Positions 27,812-43,090 of a stretch of 64,000 nucleotides of DNA are shown here, piece after piece. Position 1 is the first letter of the stretch, and each line of letters opens with the position of its first letter. The DNA is taken from NCBI RefSeq assembly GCF_009914755.1, contig NC_060930.1, one strand, 5' to 3'. The DNA is from the human T2T-CHM13v2.0 reference genome, Homo sapiens. Below the pieces are notes generated by a model. It was not told the DNA's origin. It made no database searches and was given only the letters and a program-made list of their open reading frames with translations. The position numbers and the translations under genes are program-made.

Positions 27812-28052
27812 TGTATGTTCTCATAAGTCAGAGCTAACCTGTGAGGACTGAAAGGCATAGTAATTATACAATGGACTTTGGGAACTTCAGGTAAAGGATA
27901 GGATGAGGATGAGGGATAAAATACTACCCACTGGGTATGGTGTACACTGTTCAGGTGATGGGTGCACCGAAATGTTAGAAATCACCACTAAAGAACTTAT
28001 TTGTGTAACCAAACACCACCTGTTCTCTAAAAACCTATTGAAATAAAAAATA
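27812..28052 (+). mobile_element. L1PB 3' end
   Basis: atacaatggactttggg...gggtgcaccgaaatgttagaaatcaccactaaagaactta...aacctattgaaataaa. Confidence 0.85.
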
Positions 28053-28055
28053 TAA

Positions 28056-28361
<306 letters not shown>

Positions 28362-28524
28362 TTATGTTTTTATTTTTCAAGACTTGTTTTTAATAATCTC
28401 TTTTTCTCTAGTCCATATATTAAATCTCAGATTTTGTTTCTTTAAACGTATAAAACGTGTTTAGGTGATTCTGTTACCTGAGTACTAAAGTAACAGAATT
28501 ATCAATTCTGAGTCTCAGTAACCT

Positions 28525-28988
28525 TGCATTGAAATGACAAATTTCCACCATTCCCACAACATTCATGTGCTTCCTGGAACCTCAGAATATAATCTTTTTG
28601 GCAATAAGGTGTTTGCAGATGTAATTAATTAACTCAAAATGAGGTCCTACTGAAGTAGAGTGGGCCATAAATACAAAGTGATTGTTATCTTTATAAGAAG
28701 ACAAGAGAAACACACACAGAGAAGAAGTTGTGAAGACAAACACGTGAGGAGAATGCTGAGTAAAAATGGAGGCAGAGATTGTATTCTTCTACAAGCCAAG
28801 GAATGCCAAGCCTTGCTGGCAACTACCAGAAGCTAGGAGAGATCCTCTCCAATAATCTTCAGAGAGACATGACCCTGCTGATACTTTGATTTCAGACTTG
28901 TGGCCTCCAGAACCACAAAAACAAATTTCTGTTATTTTAAGGCAAGTTTGTGGTACTTCATTATAGCAGCCCATGGAAACTAATGCAA
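28525..28988 (+). mobile_element. MLT1C-like LTR
   Basis: tttgcagatgtaatt...atgaggtc...ctacaagccaaggaatgccaag...ggaaactaatgca. Confidence 0.8.
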
Positions 28989-29124
28989 ACCTCATTTGTA
29001 AAATGATTAATACCAATTCATTCAAAAGAGCTAATATGAGGATTAAATGAAATAATATATTACACATAAAGTACTTTGTCTTGTCTGTCCAGAAAAAGTG
29101 CTCAATAAATGTTAATTTTTTTAA

Positions 29125-29575
<451 letters not shown>

Positions 29576-30629
29576 TAAATATCTGCATATATACATCATA
29601 CATATTCACATGCAACTTACTCTAATTGCCCTTCATTCATACCTTGTTCGATCCTCTCCACATGATCTCAGCATCTCAGCTATGCACCCATTGAAGCTTT
29701 CCATATTTTTTAAAACTATGTATCTGAGAGCTTCTCAGTTTCAAATCAGATTTCATGAAATGGAATATTGATATTTTTCCTTCAAATAAAAGAAAAAATA
29801 CTTTTTTATAATAAAGCTACAGAAATAATAAGTTCTGGTGGAGGAAAAAGGTTTCATATATAGTTAGTGCTCTCTTGGCTATTTTTATTACTCAGAGAAA
29901 TCTTGTCACAGACATTTTTTTTCAGAATTAAAAAAAAAAAAAAACCTTGAAGCAAGGAGCGGAGTATTATGAGAAAAGTTAATTTTAATTTTCTAAGTCC
30001 CAACATATTGAAGTTCCTGTGAATCTAAAATAAAAGTGTGCTTTGAAATAAATTGTAACATGAATAAAGAAAATGAATGGACATTTGGATTGAATTATGT
30101 TATTTTTAGAAAGTGGCTTTTTTCTTCCTTCCTGTTATTTCACTGTGGATTTTAGTGGGCAAAGCATGAAGAAAACCCTGTGTGCTGTCATGGAGCGTAA
30201 GTACTTCTTCACATCCCACCTCTTCAAAGATATTTTGATACTTTGAAGATAATTCTAGGTTTAGTATATAAATGAAGAGTAAAGTCCTAAGCTGGGCAAT
30301 AGCATCTTAGTTTGAAGACAGATTAACTCTAGACTGAAATCAAATAGGAAAAGAACCAGAAAAATTATCATTTTAGTTATGTATTTTCTATCAAGAGCAT
30401 AATTTTTTTCTTTTCTTTAAGGGCTCAATATCATCATGTAATTACATAGTATAGTCATGTACTATAGCTCAATCTACAGAGTAATATTGCTTTAATGACA
30501 TCGATCTAGAAAAAATGACTCCGTTTAAATAATCAGATCGACTAATATTCACAAAGAATCTTTAGAAGAATGGTAGAATCAAATACTCTTTACTTGTAAA
30601 TATATGACTCTTAGAAATTAATTAATTAA

Positions 30630-30910
30630 TTTACTCATGTATTTATCAAAAACATATTTATTGCATGCTCACAAAAGAACCTGTACTAGGTGCAGGAATA
30701 TAGATGGGGAGAAAGACAATATATGAAAGAAGTAAGTAAAATATAAAATGTGTTAGATGGTGATCAGTGATTTGGAGGAAAATAAATTTGAGAAGGCGGG
30801 TGGGGATTCTAGGAGTATGTTGCAATTTTTGAAAGGAGGGTCAGAGAAGGTTTTACTGAGAGATGTCCATTGAGTTACCATCTGAAAGAGGGGAGGACAT
30901 TTTCACATGA
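30630..30910. mobile_element. L2 3' fragment
   Basis: tatttattgcatgct...ctgtactaggtgc...gggtcagagaagg. Confidence 0.55.
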
Positions 30911-33101
30911 AGTTGTTGATGAGGAATTTGAATTTCTAAATATGAGTTACAGAAGAGAAGCCTGAATTGGAGGTAATGCACACACATATATTTAGACAAA
31001 CTTATTAGAGTGCCCTCTGTTGTTAAGCATTTTGTATTTATTTGCAGAAGATACTGAAACTCTAGACCAGCAATATAATTCCAGTTTATTCTGAAGGTTT
31101 TTCTTTACCAACCTATAGTTGTTCAAGAACTGGTTATAATAATTTAGACAAAGGCTTCAATCACAAGCCATTTAGATATATTAGGGTAAGTATGCCCTCA
31201 GATAGCAAGTATATAATTGTGTTGTGGCTTCAGGTGTAGTCTACACTTCATAGTCCTGGAAACTTTGTGACATGTCCTGGTTCACTCAAAATGACAGGAA
31301 CCTTAAGCAAGGCACTGTATTACCATTGCTACTGAGGGACTCCATCTGCAACATAAAAGGATTAGACTAAATGTTTTTTACAAAGTCACTTTTGGTTCTA
31401 ATATCCCATGAATATATGATATTTGCTTTAATTCCTTTGTGAAGTGTTTTAAATTGTTAGCACATTGCCTAATTCAGCAGATTTCTCATGAAGAATTTTC
31501 TTTGCTCTTGTTAGTAATGGATCTTCTTTATATACTTTGGTTACAGGGCTTCTCTTATTGAAAGAACAGTTACTTACAAATTTAAGTCTGGACTCAGCAA
31601 AAAATAATGCTATATTGGACGACCTCAGAATATTTTATAGAGTGCTTATGAGTTTTTCTGTCTTGTTCTGTCTTGTTTAAACCAGAATTAATGCAGACCT
31701 AACCCATTTTTAGATCGTAGACGTTCATTAAATTTAGAAAGATTTGAGGCTTTTAGGGCCTTGAAGATAAGTATTATTTTCTGGTTCATTCTAGCTGTTA
31801 TCATTGTTAAAGTAGTCTCCACTTTGTCAACTTCTTGAATTCCATAAGGCAGACTATAATCTTTCTGCTTTGTTTGTTTCTACTTCTCATCACCACTTTG
31901 CAAGTGTATTTCTGTCATTTGAAAGTAAAGACATGTACACTTGCTGAGCTTTAGAAGTACAGGATTTTTTTTTTAGTTATCTCTGGTTATTGCTTTTCTT
32001 CGATGTGCTATCAATAATGCAACTGAATGGTGATATTCTTCTCTCTCTAACAAGTGATACATATCACTGGTTGAATCAGGAGAAGCTACGTTTAGGAAAA
32101 CATGTGTTCCAAGTAGTATTGTGGTGGCCAGTCACATGCTTTAAATCCTCCCAGGAAGTTTACATTCCAGGAATTATTGAGAACAAGAAAACCATGTCTC
32201 TTAAAACATTAATGAAGTCAGGAAGCTCCTTTAACAGGTTGGCAAATGGTAAGTGCTTAATAAATACTAGCTGAATTTATTATTGAATGAAATAAATAGC
32301 ATACTTTGTATACTTTTATCCACTGTTAATAAACGTGTCAGGGCAAACTCTTTTTTACATTAGATGTATTCCTTGTCACTCTATTGAATACATTTTGGTA
32401 GAATGGGTGACTTTAACTTGCTTGAAACTTTGTATTCACATAGCAATTGTGGTGGTGGCCACAGAATATTTTTCATCCAGAATGAATTCCTGAGATGTTG
32501 AATAAATCAAGTGACCTTCCATTTTACTCAAAGCCTGGCAAACTGAAATGGAGAGGTGTAGACACTTCAGGCTTAAAGGCTACAAACCTATCTTCTTGGA
32601 CTTTGCAACCAAAATAGACTTGAAACAGAATAAAAATTCAAACAGTATGAATCACTGTGTTGTATTATAAACTCAAGCAGAAATGGGAGGAGAAAACCTT
32701 ACAGAGAGAATACACTGACATGTAAAGAAACGATGACATAACAATAATGATGATTACAATAATCAGAAGTAGTATTTGCTGTTTATTAACTGCCTGGCAC
32801 TATATTAAGCATTTTCAGAGATTATTTCACTTAATCCTCACAACAAACTTTTTAGGGAGGTACTATTGTTATCCTCTTCAAAGAAGGTTTAGAGAAAACT
32901 TGTATCATCTCTAACAACTTTTCCTATGGTTACATAGCTAGGAAGTAGTAAAGCTGGATTCAGAAACCTATGCAGTTATCCACTATAGATTTGTGACTTA
33001 AGGAAGAGTTCTAAAAAACTAGAAATCAAGAATAGAATTAATTATATGAATGAACACATTTATTGGAAGAAACAACAGAATTGATAGTGTTAAAAAATTT
33101 G

Positions 33102-33424
<323 letters not shown>

Positions 33425-35689
33425 CTATTACTATAAAACAAAAAGGTAAAATATGAAGGGACATGCTGATGCAGAGGTCAGTTAATGGAGATCCAGCCTA
33501 AGAATTACATATACTTCTGAAGAAGTCACAATTGAGACAGAGGATAAAGAAAGATATTTGAGGTGGAATGTTTTAAGGGTAAAAAGACCTAGAAATACAA
33601 ATCAAAAGGACCAGTTAAATTCCAAAAAAAAAAAAAAAAAATTAATGGAAATACACCTTATCTCATCCTGTAACATTTTGGATTTACAGAGTTTATTTTA
33701 TTTTATATTTTACAAAAGGCTTTTACAAGCATCTTTGTATAAAACTGAGGCTGACATCAAACTTCACCACCCTGACACTAAATATCAGAAAACTATGAAG
33801 TAATCTCTATAGAGTCATCTATGAATGAAGACAAGAGAGAAACATCATTTTCCCATAGGTTCAAAAAACTGTATAAACTATATACCCTCTTTAAAAATTA
33901 CTTGAAGCTGTACACTAACTCATCAATACAGGATTTTAAGATGAATGAACTCAATGAGCATTTTCTCCCCTCTATACATCTATTTGAATAAAACAAATCA
34001 CAATGCTGGAAATAATATATGTGAAAATATGCTCACCATTGTATTATATATTACAGTCAAAAATTGAAAATAACCAAATATTTCCTATTAAAATAACATG
34101 AGATATCATTCAGTCATTAGACGATGTCAGAAAATACTTTTTCAGTTTTCATGGTGTGTGATCTCAATTATGCATGGACAAATGCATTGAGCAATAATTG
34201 AAATGGTTAATATTAATTATATCTGGGGTGGAGAATATTTGTCTGGTTTTTAACTTTTTTTATTTTTCACATATAAGACAATACATAACAATGAAAAAAT
34301 AGAAGAAAGGAGTAGGGATTGGTACTCTCAAAATTAGTTTGGGATTTATTTAATAAAAAGAAAACCCAGACATCTATATACTGACCAGGATTGACATTGC
34401 ACTGAAACTTTTTCAAACAACCTGCAAAAGTGTAAGTAATATAAATCTTTCACAGGCCACAGGTCACATGTCTCTGAGATCTCTGGAGCAAAGTTAGCTT
34501 TGGCTACCAAGCTTGGAAGAAAATGTTCTTCTTTTGAAATATTTGCTATATTCTTTCCTCTACACTTCATTGTTTTTCCTTCTAACTGAATTGGAACTTT
34601 CACTGTAGTTTCCTTCAACCTTGCAATTTCTTCAAACCGTTTGGAGGCTAACATCTCAAATAACAGTGAGATTCCCAATAGTTAACTTCATAGTAACTTT
34701 CTCAAAGGTAAAATGTGCTTTCATCCAAAGTCTTCGGGATTGCTCCACTTTCAGCAGAAATCTTTCCTTTCAGTGATATTTATATAACATAAAAATTTGC
34801 TTTTTTATGCAGAAATATTTTTCAAATGGACCAGTTTATATTCCTTTTTCTAAACTACTTATGCAAAAAATGTATCATTTGAATGAAGTATGCCAAAGTA
34901 TCTGCTCTTCCCAGAAATATTGCAAAGGATTTGTTGAAATGATGCACTGTCATTCCAATCCTACTTCACATCCCACACATTCATAAAAGGTAATGACTGG
35001 GTGGAGGTCAGAGGCAGAGGAAACCAGACAATGCTTAGCCTTTATGTTGATCTATAGGGCCTTAAAGACATATGTGACTAAACAGAACAAATTCTGCAAC
35101 AACAACAAAAAAAAAAAACCTCAGTATTTTCTGAGTATCTTTAAAAAATTTCTCAGTTTCTGTTATTTCAGTGAACTGTTTATATTTCTTCCCTAATAAT
35201 ATTTTTTGCCATGAATAGGTTTTTCTCCTTTTTATATCTTAAGTGTCTGGTTTTGTACTTTGCTGGTAAATGTCACATTTCACTTCTGTTGTATTCCTCT
35301 CAGTTTCACATCTTCTTTCTTTTCCTCTCTAACCTAGCAATCCTATATACTAGCAGCTAACAAAAACACTGAAATAGTGACTTGATGCTCTTAATAAACT
35401 CTGCCAAACTATCCCAAGGCAATGAATTTATGGTACTATGTAATTTCTTTACACTTATGCCATGTTAAAACAAAAACAAAAAGCAAAACTGAAGCCACAT
35501 GTGAAGGTCTTTTTGAAGGACTAGAGGCATTTATTGTTAAATACTTGCTTTATTGTCCATGAAAGTAATAAATTGATATCTGTTTTCTTTGGAGTCTTTT
35601 CAGACGAAAATATCAATATTGCTACCAGTTGTAAAAGTCCTATGATTTGTATAACACTAAGACTTGAAGTTGATATTGAAGTAATTTGC

Positions 35690-35945
35690 TTTTTTAAGGC
35701 AGAATAGTATAGGGGCTAGATTCATCGACTCAGGACCCAAATTACTTAGATTTCAATCTGTCTCCCTTTCACTGCTTTCTAGGCATGTAAACTTCATACA
35801 GTTATTTACCATTCTGTGCCTGTTTGCTTGGTTATACAATGAAGATAACAATAGTTTCCACATGATGGTTAATTAATATAAGGCACTTAGAAGGTTGCCT
35901 GGTACATGGTAAGTTACATATGTCCAATACAAAATTATTATTAAA
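35690..35945 (+). mobile_element. MIR
   Basis: ttatttaccattctgtgcct...aaggcacttagaaggttgcctggtacatggtaag. Confidence 0.6.
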
Positions 35946-36033
35946 ATTAGGATTTTCTTAGAATGCTCTAGGAATTAAAAGTGAATTAATTAATTAAATG
36001 AAATTAATAAAATCTATAGAAGAGTTGTTGCTA

Positions 36034-36318
36034 TTTTTTTTCTTTTTTGAGACACAATCTCACTCTATGGCCCAGGCTGGAGCACAGTGGTGTGGTCTCA
36101 GCTCAGTGTAACCTCTGCCTCCTGGTTTCAAGCGATTCTTGTGCCTCAGCCTCCTAAGTAGCTGGAATTACAGGTGCATGTCACTATACCCAGCTAATTT
36201 TTGTATTTTTAGTAAAGATGGGGTTTCGCCATATTGACCAGGCTGGTCTTGAACTCCTGACCTCAAGTGATCCACCTGCCTTGGCCTGCCAAAGTGCTGG
36301 GATTACACGCGTGAGCCC
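36034..36318 (-). mobile_element. AluS (Sz/Sx-like)
   Basis: Antisense Alu with TSD cta(t/c)agaagagttgttg. Confidence 0.92.
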
Positions 36319-36693
36319 CCTACAGAAGAGTTGTTGAGAGTAATACTACTCAAACTTTACGCTGAGAATTATGTAAAATGTAATACTACAATCATAACAG
36401 CTTACACTTTATTGTGTACTACTTATGACTTTAAAAAAATTTTCTTCTTTACAAAAGTGTTTTGATTTTTTTACATTGCACTGATTGATGCACCCCCTTC
36501 AAATACACAATTTCTAACAGTCAGAATTAGAGGAGGCAGTGTCATGAACAATGGTTTAATAATATGCAGGCACTGTACTCGTGTATCTAACTATACTGAA
36601 ATTTGCTGACACTGCAAGTCAGCTATACTTAGGGCAATTCTGGGGGCATCTAGATAGTCTCTATCCTGATGAGAACAACTGGTTGTTCTAGAG

Positions 36694-36918
36694 CAAGTTT
36701 GTCCAACCCATGGCCCACCAGCCACATGCGGCCCACGACTGCTTTGAATGCAGCCCAATGCAAATTCCTAAACTTTTTTAAAGCATTATGAGATTTTGTT
36801 GAATTTTTTTTTTTTTTAAGTTCATCAGCTATTGTTAGTGTTAGTGTATTCTATGTGTGGCCCAAGACAATTCTTCTTCCAATGTGGCCGAGGGAAGCCA
36901 AAAGACTGGACATCCCTC
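36694..36918. mobile_element. MER30 (hAT-Charlie non-autonomous DNA transposon)
   Basis: tgtccaa...tggaca termini and perfect 8-bp TSD TTCTAGAG. Confidence 0.88.
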
Positions 36919-37197
36919 TTCTAGAGTATAGATAGGATGTTTAGTTTATCCCTTTGGTCAGCTGAATGGTGCAAGAAAAGAGTATACATAGCCTGTATCT
37001 AACTACAGTAGGTATTCAAGCTTATTATCCTGTCACAAGTCCATAAAGATGAAGAATGGATCATTTGAGAGTCATAGGGTCAAAATGGCCAGAATGCAAC
37101 TGTGATGTTGCACTGTGTAAAATCAGGTCAACTGTCCTGCAGGTCCTTGGGTGTCTATAAAATGAGACAATTCTTTTTTTTTTTTTTTTTTTTTTTT

Positions 37198-37585
37198 GTG
37201 AGCAACATGGCTGTTTATTTCACCTGGGTGCAGGCGGGCTGAGTCTGAAAAGAGAGTCAGCAAAGGGAGATAGGGGTGGGGCCGTTTTATAGGATTTGGG
37301 AAAGTAATGGAAAATTAGTCAAAGGGGGTTGTTCTCTGCTGGGCAGGGGCAGGGGTCACAAGGTGCTCAGTGGGGGAGCTTCTGAGCCAGGAGAAGGAAA
37401 TTCATGGGTTAATCACTCAGTTAAGGTCGGGCAGGAACAAATCACAATGGTGGAATGTCATCAGTTAAGACAGGGCAGGGCCTTTTCACTTCTTTTGTGA
37501 TTCTTCAGTTACTTCAGGCCATCTGGACGTATACGTGCAAGTCACAGGGGATGCGATGGCTTGGCTTGGGCTCAGAGGCCTGACA
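37198..37585 (-). promoter_or_regulatory. LTR7 U3-R with TATA box and polyA signal
   Basis: Begins TGTCAGGCCTCTGAGCCC. TATAAAA at 37285-37291 and AATAAA at 37214-37219 on the minus strand. Confidence 0.9.
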
Positions 37586-38726
37586 TTCCTGCCTTCTTAT
37601 ATTAATAAGAAAAATAAAACAAAATAGTGTTGAAGTGTTAGGCGGCAAAAATTTTTGGGGGTGGTATGGAGAGAGAATGGGCGATGTTTCTCAGGGCTGC
37701 TTCAAGCGGGATTAGGGGTGGTGTGGGAACCTAGAGTGGGACAGATTAAGCTGAAGGGAGATCTTGTGGTAAGGGGTGATATTCTGGGGTGGTTAGAAGA
37801 AACATTTGTCACATAGAATGATTAGTGATGGCCTGGATACGGTTTGTATGAATTGAAAAACTAAATGGAATAAGAGAAGGAGAAAAACAGGTATAAAAGG
37901 ACTAAGAATTGGGAGGACCTAGGACATCTAATTAGAGAGTGCCTACGGAGGTTCAGCATAGTCCTGCCAGCAAAGATTATTTATTTACTTCAAGAGTTAA
38001 GAGTGGCAGTTTGAGGATAGCACGAGGAGATATCAGTTGTGATGGCTTGGAGAAACAGTGTAAACCGGCAGTATAAACAAGAGCAGGGCATATATGAGTA
38101 GTTGAGAACAGTGAATAGGAGTATGACTAGACAGAAGATAGTAGGGATGACAAGTTATTTGGGGGCACAGTCGAAGTTGGTCTGGTGTCTGGAATGAGAC
38201 TGGGGCCTAATAAAAAGGAGCGTCTATACAGGAGCTCAAATGGGCTGTACCTTGTAGCATTCTGAGGACAGGTCTGACTTCTGAGAAGGGAAAGTGGTAA
38301 AAGTATTGTCCAGTCCTTTTTAAGTTGGTGGCTGAGCTTGGTGAGGTGTGTTTTTAATAGACCATTAGTCTGTCACTGAATACTAAGAGCCTGAAAAAAT
38401 GCTCGGCTGATTTGACTAATAAAGGCTGGTCTGTTATCAGACTGTATAGAGGTGGGAAGGCTAAACTGAGGAATTGTGTCTGACAGAAGAGAATAAATGA
38501 CTGTGGTGGCCTTCTCAGACCTTGTAGGAAAGGCCTCTAAAAGTATTAAAGCAGCGGCAGCCGCTGCAGGCAGACATGAGGGCTAGGCTAAAACAGTAAG
38601 GTCAAGTTGTTTGGACAGAAAGGCTACAGGGTGCGGTCCTGGCTCTTGTGTAAGAATTCTGACCGCACTAACCATGCCTAGGAAGGAAAGGAGTTGTTGT
38701 TTTGTAAGGGATTGAGGTTTGGGAGA

Positions 38727-39293
38727 TCAGCTGGACATGATCAGCAGGGACAGCACGTGTGTTTTTACGAGAATTATGTCGAGATAGGTAACAGATGAGG
38801 ATGAAATTTGGGCTTGACTGAAGTAATGGGGGTTGTCTGTGAAGCCTTGCGGCAGTGCAGCCCAGGTAATTTGCTGAGCCTGATGGGTGTCAGGGTCAGT
38901 GCAAGTGAAAGCGAAGAGAGGCTGGGATGACGGGTGCAAAGGAATAGTAAAGAAAGCACGTTTGAGATCCAGAACAGAATAATGGATTGTGGAGGGAGGT
39001 ATTGAGGATAGGAGAGTATATGGGTTTGGCACCATGGGGTGGATAGGCAAAACCATTTGGTTGATAAGGCATAGATCCTGAACTAACTTGTAAGGCTTGT
39101 CTGGTTTTAAGACAGGTAAAATGGGGGAATTGTAAGGAGAGTTTATAGGCTTTAAAAGGCCATGCTTTAGCAGGCGAGTGATAACAGGCTTTAATCCTTT
39201 CAAAGCATGCTGTGGGATGGGATATTGGCATTCATCGGGGTAAGGGTGATTAGGTTTTAATGAGATGGTAAGGGGTGCATGATCAGTCGCCAA
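38727..39293 (-). pseudogene. HERV-H pol (RT N-terminal) remnant
   Basis: SPYNSPILPV, VQDL, LDLKRAFF and LPQGF motifs, but no YxDD. Confidence 0.9.
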
Positions 39294-39512
39294 GGAGGGA
39301 GTAGAGGTATCTTATACTTGTGGGTTAAGGTGGGAGAATACAAGAGGAGGATGCAAAGAAGGCTTTGGATTGGGAAGAAGGGCATCAATGAGATGCGGCT
39401 ATAGTCCAAGGAATAGTCAGGTAAGCAGATAATTTGGTTAAAATATCTTGGTCTAATAAGGGAACTGGGCAGGTGGAGATAACTAAAAAAGAGTGCATAA
39501 AAGAGTGTTGTC

Positions 39513-39831
<319 letters not shown>

Positions 39832-40072
39832 CTAAGTTGGCACCAGAGTTGGGGAGTTTTAAGAGGTTTAGAAGCCTGGCTGTCAATACCCACAACAGTT
39901 ATGGAGGCAAGGGAAACAGGCCCTTGAAAAGAAGGTAATGTGGAGTGAGTAGCCTCAGTATTGATTAAGAAGGGGATGGACTTACCTTCCACTGTGAGAG
40001 TTACCCAAAGCTCGGCGTCCGTGGTGGTCTACGGGGCTTCCGAGGTGATCGGGCAGCGTCAGTCTTCAGCCG

Positions 40073-40399
40073 CTAAGCCCAGAAGGAGTCAGTCAGAGAC
40101 CCTTGGGCCAGAGTTCCAGGAGCTCTGGGAGTGGCTGCCAGGTGAGTCGAACAGTCCGATTTCCAGTGGGGTCCCGCACAGATGGGACACGGCTTAGGAG
40201 GAATCCTGGGCTGCAGGCATTCCTTGGCCTGGTGGTCAGATTTCTGGCACTTGTAGCAAACTCCTGGGGGAGGAGGTTCTAGAGGAATGCCTGGCCGCTG
40301 CGGTTCAGGCGTTTGGAAGTTCTTGTGTGCTGGAGATGTGGCTGGGGTTTGTCTCACAGTGGAGGCAAGGAATTGCAACTTTTTTCTATTATTGTACAC
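40073..40399 (-). pseudogene. HERV-H gag nucleocapsid remnant
   Basis: Two CCHC knuckles, CYKCQKSDHQAKEC and CPICAGPHWKSDC. Confidence 0.9.
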
Positions 40400-42776
40400 C
40401 TTGAAGGCGAGGTTAATTAAATACTGTTGTGGGGTTTGAGGGCCGGAATTTAATTTTTGGAGTTTTATTTAATGTCGGGAGCAGATTGGGTAATAAAATG
40501 TATATTGAGAAAAAGATGGCCTTTTGACCTTTTAGGGTCTAGGGCTGTAAAGTGTCTCAGGGTTGCTGCTGAACGAGCCATGAACTGGGCTGGGTTTTTA
40601 TATTTGATGAAAAAGAGCCTAAATGCTATCTGATTTGGGATAAAGAAAAAGGAGCATTAACCCTGACTATGTCTTTGGCTCCAGCCACCTTTTTAAGAGT
40701 AAATTGCTGGGCAGGTGGGGGAGGGCTAGTCAGAGAATGAAACTGTAAGTCCCACCAGGTGTGAGGAGGGGAGGGGATAAAAAGATTATAGGGTGGAGGA
40801 GCGGAGGCTGAGGAAGAATTGGGACCTAGCTCGGCCTGGCAAGGAGGGGAGAGGTCAGATGGGTCTGTAGAAAAGGAAGATTAGAAAGACTCAGCGACGC
40901 TTGGGGTTGGGACTGAGGGGACAGGCGGGAGGGAAAGAAGGAAGATTTGGGATGAGTTGCACTGGGCACAGAGACTAGGAAGGGACTGATGTGTAAAAGA
41001 ATGCCTGGATGTCAGGCACCTCAGATCATTTGCCCATTTTATGACAAGAATTATTTAGATCTTGTAGGATGGAAAAATTGCAAGTGCCATTTTCCGGCTA
41101 TTTGGAACTACTGTCGAGTTTGTACTGGGGTCAAGCGGCATTGAAGAAAATAAGGCATTTAGGTTTTAGGTCAGGTGTGAGTTGAAGAGGTTTTAAGTTT
41201 TTGAGAACACAGGCTAAGGGAGAAGAAGGAGGAATGGAAGGTGGAATCTTACCCATAGTGAAGGAGGCAAGCCCAGAGAAAAGAGTAGAGACATGGAGAA
41301 GGAGTTGGGGGTTCTTGCCCTCCAGAAAAGCAGAGAAGGGGTTGGGGCATGGAAATAAGGGATTGGGGCACAGAGATAAGAGGTCAGGGTGTGGAAATAA
41401 GGGATTGGGGTGCAGAGATAAGAGGTTGGGGTGTGGAAATAAGCGATTGGGGGGTTCTTGCCCCCTAGGGAAGCGGGACTTGCCGCTAAGGGTGAAGGAG
41501 AAGGGGTTGAGGGGTACTTGCCCCTGCCCCAGGAAAGGCAGAGAAGGGGTAGAGACAAGGAGAGAAGGGGTTGGGGTGCTTGCCTCTTCCCCAGAAAAGC
41601 AGGACTTGCCGCTAAGGGTGAAGGACCAAGGCAGGCGTCCCTGTGTGGTCTGACACCCTTGAAATGTGGATGTATAATCACAGAGGCATCCCTGCAATGA
41701 TTAAACACCAAGGGAAGCCTGCCTTCCCAGTCCGTGACTGGCGCCAGAGTTTTGGGTCCACGGATAAAACGTGTCTCTTTTGTCTCTACCAGAAAATGAA
41801 AGGAATTGAAATTAAGATAAGGGAGAGACTGAAGTGTAGCGCCAAGATTGAAAGGAGAAAGAGGTTGAGGGATAGTGAGGGAAGTTGGAGAAGAGAGTAA
41901 AAAGAGGCCGCTTACCGGATTTGAAATTGGTGAGATGTTGCTTGGGCTGGTCAGTCTGAGGACCTGAGGTCGTAGGCGGATCTTTCTCACGGAGCAAAGA
42001 GCAGGAGGACGGGGGATTGATCTCCCAAGGGAGGTCCCCCAATCCGAGTCACGACACCAAACTTCATGCACGTCTGTATGAAGAGACCACCAAACAGGCT
42101 TTGTGTGAGCAACATGGCTGTTTATTTCACCTGGGTGCAGGTGGGCTCAGTCTGAAAAGAGAGTCAGCCAAAAGGAGACAATTCTAATAACAATTCTATA
42201 GATTTAGTTCATCTTATAATTATTTATCCTCATTTCATATACAGATATATAGAATGCCTTACCTAGTGGATTACTCTTGATAAAAATGGGATTAAAATTT
42301 TAAGTCTTCTACTCTTGATTTGTATTTATGTAATATTTTTTACACTTTTTGATGTCTTTCCTTTAATGATCACACTGCACCTTAGTTGGAAGTACCTGGA
42401 AACTCTTAGTAAATATGTGTGTTTTGTTACTGAAGCCTTTTTTGGAAAGATTAGATATTACAATTATTTTGTCTCCTTTGGAATAGAGTCTATTTCACCT
42501 GCAAGATGTAGCAAAGGAGGAAGAGAATAGAGAGAAAAAGAGAAAATTAGAGGGGAATGGAGGTGGATCTTAAAGAAAATATAGCAGGAAATTTCTCTTG
42601 TCTGTGGTTCCTTCTTTGTTCATTCAACCAACATTTAAAAAAAAAAAAAAAAAAGACCTGTTCAAGAAATGAGTTGTAAACCCTATGGACTGTCCCCAAG
42701 GGGGCTGTCATGCATTGAATAACTTGTGATAAACGTTACCATGGCATCTAACACTTTGTCAGAAATCAGTCTTGTT

Positions 42777-43090
42777 GGCTAGGTGCGGTGGCTCATGCCT
42801 GTAATCCCAGCACTTTAGGAGGCTAAGGTGGGTGGATCACCTGAGGTCAAGAGTTCCAGACCAGCCTGACTAACATGGTGAAACCACTGTCTCTACTAAA
42901 AATACAAAACATTAGCTGGTGTGGTGGCAGATGCTTATAATCCCAGCTACTCAGGAGGCTGAGGCAGGAGAATTACTTGAACCCAGGAGGCAGAGGTGGC
43001 AGTGAGTGGAGATCATGCCACTGCACTCCAGCCTGGGTGACAGAGCAAGACTCTGTCTCAAAAAAAAAAAAAAAAAAAGAGAAAAGAAAA
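42777..43090 (+). mobile_element. AluSx-like
   Basis: Full Alu with perfect 16-bp TSD agaaatcagtcttgtt. Confidence 0.95.

Noticed and set aside
34346-34678. 110-aa minus-strand ORF in unique DNA
   Set aside because: Non-ATG start, no recognisable family and no convincing splice signals.
41131-42071. 285-aa and 188-aa ORFs and short tandem repeats at ~41340-41450
   Set aside because: This is the C-rich HERV-H leader/pre-gag region with its usual repeats. It is not a CRISPR-like array, and there is no evidence of coding function.
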